Assembly: GCA_052143095.1 (NCBI GenBank)
Contig: JBKQTR010000165.1
Coordinates: forward strand, 8,852-72,851
Length of the DNA: 64,000 bases
Source: Stellaceae bacterium
GTDB lineage: Bacteria; Pseudomonadota; Alphaproteobacteria; ATCC43930; CGMCC-115725
Reading direction: 5' to 3'
Position numbers and translations under genes: made by a program. Below, one piece after another: positions 47,208-56,402 of the stretch (position 1 is its first letter; each line of letters begins with the position of its first letter). The notes beneath the pieces are model-generated. The model searched no databases and was not told where the DNA came from. It worked only from the letters and a program-made list of their open reading frames with translations.

Positions 47208-49166
47208 TTGGCGCCCATGTCGCTTCTGCGTGGCTTTTTTGCTGCCGTCGTCTTGCTGTGCACTGCGCACGGCGCCGCCGCCGACCTGCTCTCGCCCGGG
47301 GATCAGCAGGCCTATCGCGCGGCGTTTGCCGCGGCGCGCGCGTCGAGCTGGCCCGCGGCCGAGCAGCTTGCCGCGGGCGCGAGCGAGCGGCTCCCGGCCA
47401 AGATCCTGCTGTGGCTCGAGCTCATGCGCAGCGACGCCGCGCGCTTTCCCGATATCGTCGCCTTCGCCGAGCAGAACCAGGACTGGCCCCAGCTCGGCCT
47501 GCTCCGCCAGCATGCGGAGCAAGTCATGGACGATGTCCCTGACGCCGTGATCGGCGCCTATTTCGCGGCGCACCGGCCGCTGACGCCCAAGGGAAAGCTG
47601 CGCCTGGCGGGTGTCCTCGTCGGCGCCGGGCAGCGCGAGGCCGCGATCGCGCTCGTCCGGGAGATGTGGCTCACGCCCGATCTCGGTCCCGATGACGAGC
47701 AGGCCATCCTCGACCGCTATGCCGAAATGCTCAGCGCCGAGGATCACGCCCAGAGGCTCGACCGGCTGCTCTGGGCCGGGCAGCCCTCGGCGGCACGGCG
47801 CCAGATGCCGCGCGCGCCGGAGGAGTGGCAGCTGCTGGCGCAGGCGCGCCTCGCGCTCGCCGAGCTCAGCGACGATGCCGAAGCCGCGCTCGCGCGCGTG
47901 CCCGAGGGGTTGCGCGACAACCCCGGCCTCGTCCTCGACCGCGCGCGCTGGTACCGGCATAGGGATCGTCTCGACGAGGCGGCAGAGACCTTGCGACACC
48001 CGCCGCCGGACCTCGTCCGTCCCGCGGCCTGGTGGAGCGAGCGCGACATCCTGGTGCGCCGTCTGCTCGACGAGGGCAAGGATCGGCTCGCCTACGCGCT
48101 CGCCGCCTGGCGGGAGCTGGGGGAGACCGGCGCGGCGGTTGCCGAGGCCGAGTTCCTGTCGGGCTGGATCGCGTTCCGCCGGCTCAACGATGCCAAATCG
48201 GCCTATGAGCATTTCTCGACGCTCTATCAGGGCGCGACGCTGCCGACGAGCCAGGCGCGCGCCGCCTATTGGATCGCGCGCGCGGCGGACGCGATGGGCA
48301 TGGGCGAGGCCGCGCGACGCTGGCTCGCCGTCGCCGCGACGCATGGCACCACCTATTACGGCCAGCTCGCAGCGGCACGCCTCGACAGCGCCGTCCAGCC
48401 CGATTTCCCGCCGGAGCCGCGACCCTCGCCGCAGGATGTCGACGCCTTCGACGGGACGGAGCCGGTGCGGGCGACGCGGATGCTGGCGGAGATCGGCCAG
48501 GACGATCTCGCGAAGCCGTTCCTGCTGCAGGCGGCGACGGCGGCGAAGACGAGCGTCGATCAGAAGCTGATCGCGTCGCTGGCCGAGACCATCGGCGCGC
48601 TCGACGTCGCCATTGCCGCGGCCAAGCGCGCCGGCCGTGACGGCGCGCCGCTGCTGGCGGAGGGTTTCCCGCTGGTGCGCTTCGAGCGTCACGGCGCGGT
48701 CGAGCCGCCGCTTGTGTTGGCGATCGCGCGGCAGGAGAGCGCCTTCGACCGGGCGGCGGTGAGCCGCGCCGATGCGCGCGGCCTCATGCAGCTCAGGCCC
48801 GATACGGCGCGCGACGTCGCGAAGGCGCTGGGAATCCCGTTCTCCGCGGACCGTCTGGTGACGGACCCGGCCTACAACCTCGCCTTGGGGCAGGCCTTCA
48901 TGGACCGGCTGCTCGACCGGTTCGGCGGTTCCTACGTGCTTGCGGCGGCGGCGTACAACGCCGGTCCGGCGCGCGTCAGGCAATGGCTCGATACCTATGG
49001 CGACCCGCGCACCGGCACCGTCGACCCCGTCGATTGGATCGAATCGATCCCTTTCCCGGAGACCCGGAACTACGTGCAGCGCGTCCTCGAGAATTTGCAG
49101 ATCTATCGGCTGCGGCTCGGCGCCGGCGAGCGCGCTTTCACACTGGCGCAGGATCTGCGGCGCTGA
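47208..49166 (+). CDS. slt: soluble lytic murein transglycosylase (Slt70-like)
   Basis: 652 aa; signal peptide; superhelical N-terminal repeats; catalytic ..LAIARQESAFDRAAVSRADARGLMQLRPDTA.., ..AAYNAGPARV... Confidence 0.88.
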   Translation: MAPMSLLRGFFAAVVLLCTAHGAAADLLSPGDQQAYRAAFAAARASSWPAAEQLAAGASERLPAKILLWLELMRSDAARFPDIVAFAEQNQDWPQLGLLRQHAEQVMDDVPDAVIGAYFAAHRPLTPKGKLRLAGVLVGAGQREAAIALVREMWLTPDLGPDDEQAILDRYAEMLSAEDHAQRLDRLLWAGQPSAARRQMPRAPEEWQLLAQARLALAELSDDAEAALARVPEGLRDNPGLVLDRARWYRHRDRLDEAAETLRHPPPDLVRPAAWWSERDILVRRLLDEGKDRLAYALAAWRELGETGAAVAEAEFLSGWIAFRRLNDAKSAYEHFSTLYQGATLPTSQARAAYWIARAADAMGMGEAARRWLAVAATHGTTYYGQLAAARLDSAVQPDFPPEPRPSPQDVDAFDGTEPVRATRMLAEIGQDDLAKPFLLQAATAAKTSVDQKLIASLAETIGALDVAIAAAKRAGRDGAPLLAEGFPLVRFERHGAVEPPLVLAIARQESAFDRAAVSRADARGLMQLRPDTARDVAKALGIPFSADRLVTDPAYNLALGQAFMDRLLDRFGGSYVLAAAAYNAGPARVRQWLDTYGDPRTGTVDPVDWIESIPFPETRNYVQRVLENLQIYRLRLGAGERAFTLAQDLRR

Positions 49167-49274
49167 AGCCGGGCACGCGGTGCGGCTGGGCGACCGGGAT
49201 GAATCGGCATATCATGCCGACTCATGCAGCGGTCGTGCGTCGTCCGGCGGGGACTCCCGCCTTGAGGTGAGACC

Positions 49275-49964
49275 ATGACCGAACTCGGCGTGTTTGAGGC
49301 AATCCATACCGCCCGCGCGTTGCGCCAGTTGAAGCCCGACCCGGTGCCGGAGGCGCTGATCACGCAGATCCTCGACGCTGCGATCCGCGCGCCCTCGGCG
49401 GGCAACGCGCAGAATTGGGCCTTCCTCGTGGTTCGCGATCCGGAGCAGCGCCGCAGGCTGGGCGAGATTTTCCGCAAGGCCTCCGACATCGCGCGCGCGA
49501 TGTATGCCGCGCGCGGCCGTCCCGCGCACATGACCGAAGAGCAGTATCAGCGCTTGATGTCCTCCGGCAGCTATCTCTGGGACCATATGGCTGACGCCCC
49601 GGTGATTCTGGTTCCCTGCCAGACCCAGCCCAGGCTGCCGCCGCCGGAAGACTTGCCGCCCGAGATTCGAGCCCGCTACGCCGATGAGCAACGCTATGTG
49701 GAGCGCATCCGCGGCGCCAGCATCTATCCCGCCGTGCAGAACATCATCCTCGCCTGCCGCGCGCTCGGGCTTGGCACCACCATCACCACCAACCACCTGC
49801 GCTGCGAGGGTGAGGTGAAGGCGGTGCTCGGCATCCCGGAAGAGGTGCAGACTTACGCGCTGATGCCGATCGGCTATCCCCGCGGCAAATTCGGCCCCGT
49901 GACCCGCCGCCCTGTTGCCGAGGTCGCTCATGCCGACCGCTGGTCGCGGCAGTGGCCCGGCTGA
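49275..49964 (+). CDS. nitroreductase family protein
   Basis: 229 aa; ..AIHTARALRQLKPDPVPEALITQILDAAIRAPSAGNAQNWAFLVV... Confidence 0.85.
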   Translation: MTELGVFEAIHTARALRQLKPDPVPEALITQILDAAIRAPSAGNAQNWAFLVVRDPEQRRRLGEIFRKASDIARAMYAARGRPAHMTEEQYQRLMSSGSYLWDHMADAPVILVPCQTQPRLPPPEDLPPEIRARYADEQRYVERIRGASIYPAVQNIILACRALGLGTTITTNHLRCEGEVKAVLGIPEEVQTYALMPIGYPRGKFGPVTRRPVAEVAHADRWSRQWPG

Positions 49965-49976
49965 GGAAGATCATTC

Positions 49977-51227
49977 GTGGCCCGCATTCTCGTGCTCGGC
50001 GCCGGATTTGCCGGCCTCTGGGCCGCCATCGGCGCGGCACGCAAGCTTGACGAGATCGGCGCCGGGCCGGGCGAGGTCGAGATTCTGCTCGCCGACCGCA
50101 ACCCCTACCACACCATCCGCGTCCGCAATTACGAGATCGACCTCAGCGACGTCGCCATCCCGCTCGGCGAGGTGCTCGATCCCATCGGCGTCAAGCATGT
50201 GACCGCCGAGGTCCGGACGATCGATCCGGACGGACAGCAGGTGGCCGTCACGACGCCCCGCGGCAAGGAGCTGCTCGCCTACGATCGGCTCGTGCTAGCG
50301 CTCGGCAGCGAATTGGCGCGCCCGGACATTCCCGGCCTCGCGGCGCATGGCTTCGACGTCGATACCTACGCCGCTGCGGTCCGGCTCAACGCCCATCTCG
50401 CGGCGCTCGGCGCGCACCCGCGGTCGGCTGGGCGCTCGACCGTGGTTGTCGCGGGCGCCGGCTTCACCGGCATCGAAGTGGCGGCCGAGATGCCGGGCAA
50501 GCTGCGCGGCGCGCTCGCAGCCGGGGACCATCGGGTGATCCTGCTTGATCCCAATCAAACTGTCGGCGCGACCATCGGGGATCACGCGCGCCCGGTGATC
50601 TCCGAGGCGCTCGCGACGCTCGGCGTCGAGACACGGCTGGGCGCTGGGATCGTCGCCGTCGACGCAACCGGCATTACGCTTGCGTCCGGCGAGATCGTTC
50701 CGACGCAGACGCTGGTGTGGTGCGCCGGCATGCGCGCGAGCCCGCTCGCCGCCACCGTGCCGGGGGCGCGGGACCGGCTCGGCCGGCTGAGCGTCGATCG
50801 CTTCATGCGGGTCGCCGGCGTGACCAAGGTTTTCGCTGCCGGCGATGTGGCATCCAGCCTGATCGACGACGCGCATGCGACGGTCATGTCCTGCCAGTTC
50901 GCGCGGCCGATGGGTCGCTTTGCCGGCCACAATGTGGTGGCCGATCTGTTCGACCGGCCGCTCTTGCCGCTGCGGATCGACTGGTATGTGACGGTGCTCG
51001 ATCTCGGCGCCTGGGGTGCGCTCTACACCGCCGGCTGGGACCGCCAGGTGCTGTCGACCGGACGCGCCGCGAAGGCGACGAAAGAGACCATCAATCACCG
51101 CCGCATCTATCCGCCGCGACACGGCACACGCGAGGACATCCTCGCGGCCGCGGCCCCGACGGTGCAGGCGCCGCCGCAAGAGGTTCGCGCGGCGGCCGCA
51201 ACGGGTTCACCGAAGCCCGCCTCCTGA
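49977..51227 (+). CDS. NAD(P)/FAD-dependent oxidoreductase (NDH-2-like)
   Basis: 416 aa; GTG start; dinucleotide folds ILVLGAGFAGLWAA and VVVAGAGFTGIEVAAE; ..VFAAGDVAS... Confidence 0.85.
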   Translation: MARILVLGAGFAGLWAAIGAARKLDEIGAGPGEVEILLADRNPYHTIRVRNYEIDLSDVAIPLGEVLDPIGVKHVTAEVRTIDPDGQQVAVTTPRGKELLAYDRLVLALGSELARPDIPGLAAHGFDVDTYAAAVRLNAHLAALGAHPRSAGRSTVVVAGAGFTGIEVAAEMPGKLRGALAAGDHRVILLDPNQTVGATIGDHARPVISEALATLGVETRLGAGIVAVDATGITLASGEIVPTQTLVWCAGMRASPLAATVPGARDRLGRLSVDRFMRVAGVTKVFAAGDVASSLIDDAHATVMSCQFARPMGRFAGHNVVADLFDRPLLPLRIDWYVTVLDLGAWGALYTAGWDRQVLSTGRAAKATKETINHRRIYPPRHGTREDILAAAAPTVQAPPQEVRAAAATGSPKPAS

Positions 51228-51252
51228 CCTCGGCGCCGCGAGACCTCCGTCC

Positions 51253-51693
51253 TTATTGCTCCTTCTTTGCACGCGCGACGAAAAAGTAGCCGATATGATC
51301 ATCCTCGGTCAGGATTCTCAGCCACTTCCCATCATGTCCAATGACGAAGAATGTCTGATCCTTCTTGATCGCGCCAATGATCTTGTGGCCCTCCGAGGGG
51401 CCGTTTCTGACGGAGGTGGGTTCGATCGCTCGCCATAGCTCGACGGCGATCGGCTGTTCGAGGCAGGTGATCTCCGTCCCGACTATTTTCTGCGGATCGA
51501 GCGAAGATTTGTAGCCGGGAATGCCGTTCAGATTGGTCATGCATTCGTCGTAGCTGGGAAAGTACCGGCTCAGGTCAGGATAGGACACGTGGCACCGATC
51601 CTGGGTGCAGGCGATGAAGGCTATGACGAAGACGGTCACCACCGCTACGACTCGCCGCCCTGACTGAGGGACTAGAGCCGGATGATGATCCAC
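51253..51693 (-). CDS. SH3b-domain protein (hypothetical, membrane-anchored or lipoprotein)
   Basis: 146 aa; hydrophobic N-terminus ..VVAVVTVFVIAFIAC..; SH3-like ..VRNGPSEGHKIIGAIKKDQTFFVIGHDGKWLRILTEDDHIGYF... Local GC about 50%. Confidence 0.6.
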   Translation of the reverse strand: MDHHPALVPQSGRRVVAVVTVFVIAFIACTQDRCHVSYPDLSRYFPSYDECMTNLNGIPGYKSSLDPQKIVGTEITCLEQPIAVELWRAIEPTSVRNGPSEGHKIIGAIKKDQTFFVIGHDGKWLRILTEDDHIGYFFVARAKKEQ

Positions 51694-51835
51694 CGGCCGA
51701 GGGCGGGCAAGCCGTCCCGTCGGCCGGCACGGCTGGAGGCGAGTTTGCGTCGTTGGACCTTGGGCGTCGGTGTCGGTCGCTCGCCCCTACCGCCGACGCC
51801 GGGCGCATCACCCCGCGCGTCGGATGCCGTGCGCC

Positions 51836-52276
51836 TTAAAGCGCCGAGGCTTGCTTCTTGGCGTAGAGGCGCACCTCGTCGAAGCCGGCGCTGAGCCGGC
51901 GCGCGAAGACGCTGAAGACGTCCGTGCCGGCCTTGGTCGCGAGTTCCGCGAGCTCGCGGGCGATGGCGACGTTCTTCTCGAAGGCCTGGTTCGCGAGCTC
52001 GGCGTTCTTGGCCATGCGCTCCTCGGGCGTGGCGGGCGCCGTCCAGTCGCGCAGCACAGCCGAGGCCTCGTCCATCGCCTGGCGGGCGATCTCGACCTGC
52101 CGGCGGGCCAGCGACTGCACCCCCTCGACCGCCAGCTGGTTCGCCTGGGTCAGGGCCTCGAGGTTCTTGCGCTGGGCTGCCACCACCCCCTCGAGATCGA
52201 GGCCGGGCACGCGAAACGCGCCAAAGAGCTCCATCATGTCGGGCATTCCGTTCAGGCTCGTTTCACGCGTCGTCAT
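51836..52276 (-). CDS. phasin family protein
   Basis: 146 aa from ATG 52276 (AGGAGA 6 nt upstream): MTTRETSLNGMPDMMELFGAFRVPGLDLEGVVAAQRKNLEALTQANQLAVEGVQSLARRQVEIARQAMDE... Confidence 0.85.
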   Translation of the reverse strand: MTTRETSLNGMPDMMELFGAFRVPGLDLEGVVAAQRKNLEALTQANQLAVEGVQSLARRQVEIARQAMDEASAVLRDWTAPATPEERMAKNAELANQAFEKNVAIARELAELATKAGTDVFSVFARRLSAGFDEVRLYAKKQASAL

Positions 52277-52313
52277 GAGATTTCTCCTGCTTTGAGAGTG
52301 GCCGCGGCCATTG

Positions 52314-52376
52314 TGCATCGCATATAGAGAATATGGCTATCATCCTGCGAATTTTCGAGAAAAATGTTGCACCGCA
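52314..52376. promoter_or_regulatory. two TGC-N3-GCA palindromes upstream of the phasin gene (PhaR-type operator candidates)
   Basis: TGCATCGCA at 52314-52322 and TGCACCGCA at 52368-52376, i.e. 38 and 92 nt upstream of the phasin ATG. Confidence 0.4.
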
Positions 52377-52690
52377 CCATAAATAGTCCGCGGCGTAATG
52401 ACCCGCGCGGCGAGTCCGCTCGTCCTGCGCCGGTGACTTGCTATTAAGTCTTTGAAACCATTAACCCGATAGTGACCAAATCGAGGCATAATTGCCTGTT
52501 TTCTGGGCAGCCGACTGCCCTCGGCTGTGGGCGCGTCCCACAATCACGGCAGTCCCGGTATGTGGCACGGCCGTTGCTAAACGGATATGGCTGCCTACAT
52601 CCACGCCTTTGCGGCGTACATATAAGTATGGGCACTGGGACGGATACCCGACGTGACGAGGTTACGACAGCTTGAGAGGTCCGTCCTGCG

Positions 52691-52891
52691 ATGATCACTT
52701 TGGTTCTGATCGTGTGTCTTTCGACCACCCCCGATATCTGCCGCGAGGAGCGGCCGCCGATCGATGTCGCGAGCCCGATGGCCTGTATGGTCCAGGGCCA
52801 GCAGATCGCCGCCGAATGGGTGGAAGAGCATCCGAAATGGCGGCTCACCGGCTGGCGCTGCCAGGTCGGCGCCCGCGAGAAGCAGATCTAG
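52691..52891 (+). CDS. small hypothetical protein (possible signal peptide)
   Basis: 66 aa; MITLVLIVCLSTTPDICREERPPIDVASPMACMVQGQQIAAEWVEEHPKWRLTGWRCQ..; four Cys. Confidence 0.45.
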   Translation: MITLVLIVCLSTTPDICREERPPIDVASPMACMVQGQQIAAEWVEEHPKWRLTGWRCQVGAREKQI

Positions 52892-52969
52892 CCTGAGACC
52901 TGCCCCGCCGCCGCATTGCGGCGGACGGCGCAGGGTGGCAGGATGGCGATCTTTCTTCCACGCTGAGGT

Positions 52970-54136
52970 GTGGAGATGGAAGCCGCCGCCCGAAAACCGC
53001 TTCCCGCCGAGCCTGAGCAGCCGTGGCATCGGAGCCTCGAGCCGTCGCTCGACATCGTCCCCGCGCATCTCTGGCTCCGGCCCTTGGCGCTGCTCTCCGG
53101 CCAAGCTGCGCGCGCGGCGCTGGCCGAGGATCGCGCCCTGACGCTGGCGGGCAGTGCGGACGCCTTCGCCATGGTCGAAGCGCTGGGACGGCTCGCCTCC
53201 GGCGAGATCGTCGCGGCGCTCGGCAGTCTCGCCGAGGTCAGCCGCTGGGCCGAGCAGCGCGGCGGTGCGACGGCGGCGCGGGTCGATATCCTGCTCGAGC
53301 GGCTCGCGGCGCCGCGCGCGCCCTGGGCCGGCCTCGCGCTCGACCGGCCGCTCATCATGGGCATCGTCAACGCGACGCCCGACAGCTTCTCCGACGGCGG
53401 TGCGGCCCTGGCGCCGGAGCGCGCCACCGCGCAGGGCCGCGCGCTCGCCGCTGCCGGCGCCGACATTCTCGATATCGGCGGCGAGTCGACCCGCCCCGGC
53501 GCGACGCCGGTCGCGCCGGAGGAGGAGCTGCGGCGCGTCGAGCCGGTGGTGCGCGCGTTGGCCGGCGCCGGTCTCGTCGTCTCGATCGACACGCGGCACG
53601 CCAGCACCATGGCGGCGGCAGCAGCGGCGGGCGCACGCATCATCAACGACGTCTCGGCGCTCGCCGGCGATGCCGAGAGCCTCGCCGTCGCCGCGCGCTC
53701 CGGCGCCGCCATCGTGCTGATGCACATGCAGGGCGAGCCCAGGACCATGCAGGCGAATCCGACCTACAGCCTCGCCTCGCTCGACATCGTCGAGCATCTC
53801 GAGGCGCGCATCGCCGCCTGCGCCGCCGCCGGCATCGCGCGTTCCCGCCTGGTGGTCGATCCCGGCATCGGCTTCGGCAAGCGCTCGGCGCATAATCTCG
53901 AGATCATGGCGCGGCTCGGCCTGCTGCACGCGCTGGGCTGCGGCGTGCTGCTCGGCATCTCGCGCAAATCGCTGATCGCGGAGCTGCACCAGGCCGAGCC
54001 CAAGGAGCGCCTCCCCGGCTCGCTCGCCGGCGCGCTGCAGGCGCTGGCCCAAGGCGTGCAGATCCTGCGCGTGCACGACGTCGCCGAGACGCGCCAGGCA
54101 GTCGCCACCTGGCGCGCCGTCGCCGCGGCCGGCTAG
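52970..54136 (+). CDS. folP: dihydropteroate synthase with ~110-aa N-terminal extension (start uncertain)
   Basis: 388-aa ORF (GTG start). The canonical DHPS part starts at ..RPLIMGIVNATPDSFSDGG.., then ..ILDIGGESTRPGA.., ..VVDPGIGFGK.., ..LRVHDV... The first ~110 aa have no DHPS motifs. Confidence 0.88.
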   Translation: MEMEAAARKPLPAEPEQPWHRSLEPSLDIVPAHLWLRPLALLSGQAARAALAEDRALTLAGSADAFAMVEALGRLASGEIVAALGSLAEVSRWAEQRGGATAARVDILLERLAAPRAPWAGLALDRPLIMGIVNATPDSFSDGGAALAPERATAQGRALAAAGADILDIGGESTRPGATPVAPEEELRRVEPVVRALAGAGLVVSIDTRHASTMAAAAAAGARIINDVSALAGDAESLAVAARSGAAIVLMHMQGEPRTMQANPTYSLASLDIVEHLEARIAACAAAGIARSRLVVDPGIGFGKRSAHNLEIMARLGLLHALGCGVLLGISRKSLIAELHQAEPKERLPGSLAGALQALAQGVQILRVHDVAETRQAVATWRAVAAAG

Positions 54137-54138
54137 CC

Positions 54139-54933
54139 ATGGCATTGCGGGCGCTGCCGGCGGCGATCCTCGTGGCGGCGGCGCTGCTCGCGGGTTCCGC
54201 CGCCGCCGCCGATCTCTCCGCCGAGGCGGTGCGAGCGGCGCTCGAGCAGGCGACGCCGTCGCTGCCGGCGGATCTCTCCGGCAAGAATCTGAGCGAACTC
54301 GACCTCAGCGGGCTCGACTTCAAGCGCGCCAAGCTCGCCCATGCCGATCTCTTCGGCGCGAAGCTGGTGGGCGCGAATTTGTCCGGCGCCGATCTCAGCT
54401 TCGCGCGGCTCGACCTCGCCTGGATCATGCGCGCCGATTTCTCCGGCGCCAATCTCAGCGGGGCGAGCCTGTTCGGTCCGGTGGTGGCCACCAGCATGGC
54501 GGCGCCGCCGCCGAGCGAGGCGCCGCGCTTTGCCGGCGCCGATTTCTCCGGCGCGCGCGTCATCGCGCGGCTGGCGGGATTCGATCTCAGGGGCGCGCGC
54601 TTCGTCGGCGCGCGGCTGGGCGTCGATCTTAGGAATCAGCCCATGGGACAGATGCGCAACGACTTCACCGGCGCCGATTTGAGCGGCGCCGATTTCACCG
54701 GCGCCGACCTCAACCGCGCCGTTCTCGCCTTCGCCAAGCTCAGGGACGCCAATCTCGCCGGCGCCAATCTCTTCCGCGCCGACCTCTCGCGCGCCGATCT
54801 CAGCGGCGCCGATCTCGCCGGCGCCGACTTCACCGAGGCCGATCTCGACGGCACCATCCTCACCGGCGCCCGCAATCTCGCCGCCGCCAAAGGCCTCGAC
54901 AAGGCCGTCAACGCCGAGAAGGCGGTGCGGTAG
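54139..54933 (+). CDS. pentapeptide-repeat protein with signal peptide
   Basis: 264 aa; [26 protein letters not shown].. then long runs of A(D/N)LSGA-type pentads ([33 protein letters not shown]..). Starts 2 nt after the folP stop. Confidence 0.85.
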   Translation: MALRALPAAILVAAALLAGSAAAADLSAEAVRAALEQATPSLPADLSGKNLSELDLSGLDFKRAKLAHADLFGAKLVGANLSGADLSFARLDLAWIMRADFSGANLSGASLFGPVVATSMAAPPPSEAPRFAGADFSGARVIARLAGFDLRGARFVGARLGVDLRNQPMGQMRNDFTGADLSGADFTGADLNRAVLAFAKLRDANLAGANLFRADLSRADLSGADLAGADFTEADLDGTILTGARNLAAAKGLDKAVNAEKAVR

Positions 54934-55081
54934 AGGCGAGACTCTGCAATGTGAACGGCAATTCACCATCGTCAGGCCCGGCCTTGTGCCGGGCATCCAC
55001 GCCTTGCGAGCGTCGCGGGAAAGGCGTGGATGGCCGGGACAAGCCCGGCCATGACGATAAAACGAGTCTGCGCGCCTCGCC
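54933..55081. repeat. REP/MITE-like palindromic intergenic element
   Basis: Central hairpin CATCCACGCC (54994-55003) / GGCGTGGATG (55023-55032). Flanking GCCCGGCCTTGTGCCGGGC / GGCCGGGACAAGCCCGGCC units. Outer imperfect arms GAGGCGAGACTC (54933-54944) / GAGTCT..CGCCTCGC (55064-55080). Confidence 0.6.
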
Positions 55082-55190
55082 GCGAAAAGCTTGGCAGGCG
55101 CGGCGCTTTGTTGCCAGAATAGGCGAAAGCCCGCACGAGAAGCGGGGTTCTGCGGCGTGACGACGCTGCAGCGGTGAGGGAGGACGCGCC

Positions 55191-56402
55191 TTGCTTGCCC
55201 GGCTCGTTCGGCGCTCGGTCATGGCGATGCTTCTGGGCTCGACGGTGCTGCTGCCGCTGGCGGCGGCTGCCGACGAGGACGCGATCCAGACGCTGCGCAT
55301 CGGCTTTCTCACGCAGGCGGTGAAGCGGCCGCCGCCGGAGCCTTATCTCGACGCGCCGCCCGCGGATGAAGGCGTCGCCGGCGCGCGCGTCGCGATCGAC
55401 GACAACAACACCACGGGACGCTTCACCGGCCAGCATTTCGCGCTCGAGGAGATGATGGTGCCGGAAGGCGCCGATGTCGCCCGGGGCTTCCGCAATCTCG
55501 TCGGCGGCGGCATCCGCCTGGTCGCGACCGACCTGCCGGCAAGCACGCTGCTGGCAGTCGCCGACCTGCCGGAGGCGAAGGGCGCCATCCTCTTCAATGC
55601 CGGCGCCCCCGACGACGAGCTGCGCGCCGAGAAATGCCGTGCCAATCTGCTGCACACGCTTCCGAGCCGCGCCATGCTGGCGGACGCGCTCATCGAATAT
55701 CTGCTGGCGAAGCAGTGGCGCAACATCCTGCTCGTCACCGGCCCGACCGAGGCGGACCGCGCCTATGCGGCGGCGGTGCGGCGCGCGATCGACAAGTTCC
55801 ATGCGCGGCTGGTCGCCGATAAGCCCTGGACCTACCAGCCGGGCGCGCGCCGCTCCGATACCGGCCACTACGCCATCGGCGCCGAGGTGGCGCATTTCAC
55901 GCAAGGCCTCAGCTATGACGTGCTGGTCGTCGCCGACGAGGATGACGAATTCGGCGACTATCTCGCCTATGCCACCTACGACCCGCGGCCGGTCGCGGGG
56001 ACGCAGGGCCTCGTCGCCGCCGCCTGGGCACGGCCGCATCAGGAATGGGGCGCGACGCAGCTCCAGGACCGCTTCCTGCATCAAGCGCAGCGCTGGATGA
56101 CCTCGCGCGACTATGCCGCCTGGCTCGCGGTGCGCGCCGTGGGCGAGGCGGCGACGCGGGCGCAGTCGATCGATCCCGGCGCGATCGCCGCCTATCTGCG
56201 CAGCGACGCATTCGAGCTCGGCGGCTACAAGGGCGTGCCGCTGAGTTTCCGCCCCTGGGACGGCCAGATGCGCCAGGCGGTCCTGCTCGCCGATGCGCGC
56301 GCGCTGGTCTCGGTCTCGCCGCAGCCCGAATTCCTGCACCAGTTCTCGCCGCTCGACACGCTCGGCATCGATCGCCCGGAGAGCCAATGCCATTTCCGCT
56401 GA
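55191..56402 (+). CDS. ABC substrate-binding protein, PQQ-dehydrogenase-associated (PedA1/LutA-like)
   Basis: 403 aa; TTG start with GGGAGG 8 nt upstream; signal peptide; Leu/Ile/Val-binding-type fold. First gene of the SBP / beta-propeller / ATPase / permease order typical of PQQ-ADH clusters. Confidence 0.75.
   Translation: MLARLVRRSVMAMLLGSTVLLPLAAAADEDAIQTLRIGFLTQAVKRPPPEPYLDAPPADEGVAGARVAIDDNNTTGRFTGQHFALEEMMVPEGADVARGFRNLVGGGIRLVATDLPASTLLAVADLPEAKGAILFNAGAPDDELRAEKCRANLLHTLPSRAMLADALIEYLLAKQWRNILLVTGPTEADRAYAAAVRRAIDKFHARLVADKPWTYQPGARRSDTGHYAIGAEVAHFTQGLSYDVLVVADEDDEFGDYLAYATYDPRPVAGTQGLVAAAWARPHQEWGATQLQDRFLHQAQRWMTSRDYAAWLAVRAVGEAATRAQSIDPGAIAAYLRSDAFELGGYKGVPLSFRPWDGQMRQAVLLADARALVSVSPQPEFLHQFSPLDTLGIDRPESQCHFR

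Noticed and set aside
47202-48983. 593-aa minus-strand ORF opposite slt
   Set aside because: Arg-rich shadow frame. The plus frame has the SLT catalytic motif.
52595-54996. Minus-strand ORFs 52595..54145, 53904..54563 and 54133..54996 opposite folP and the pentapeptide gene
   Set aside because: Shadow frames. Pentapeptide repeats generate repetitive antisense ORFs.
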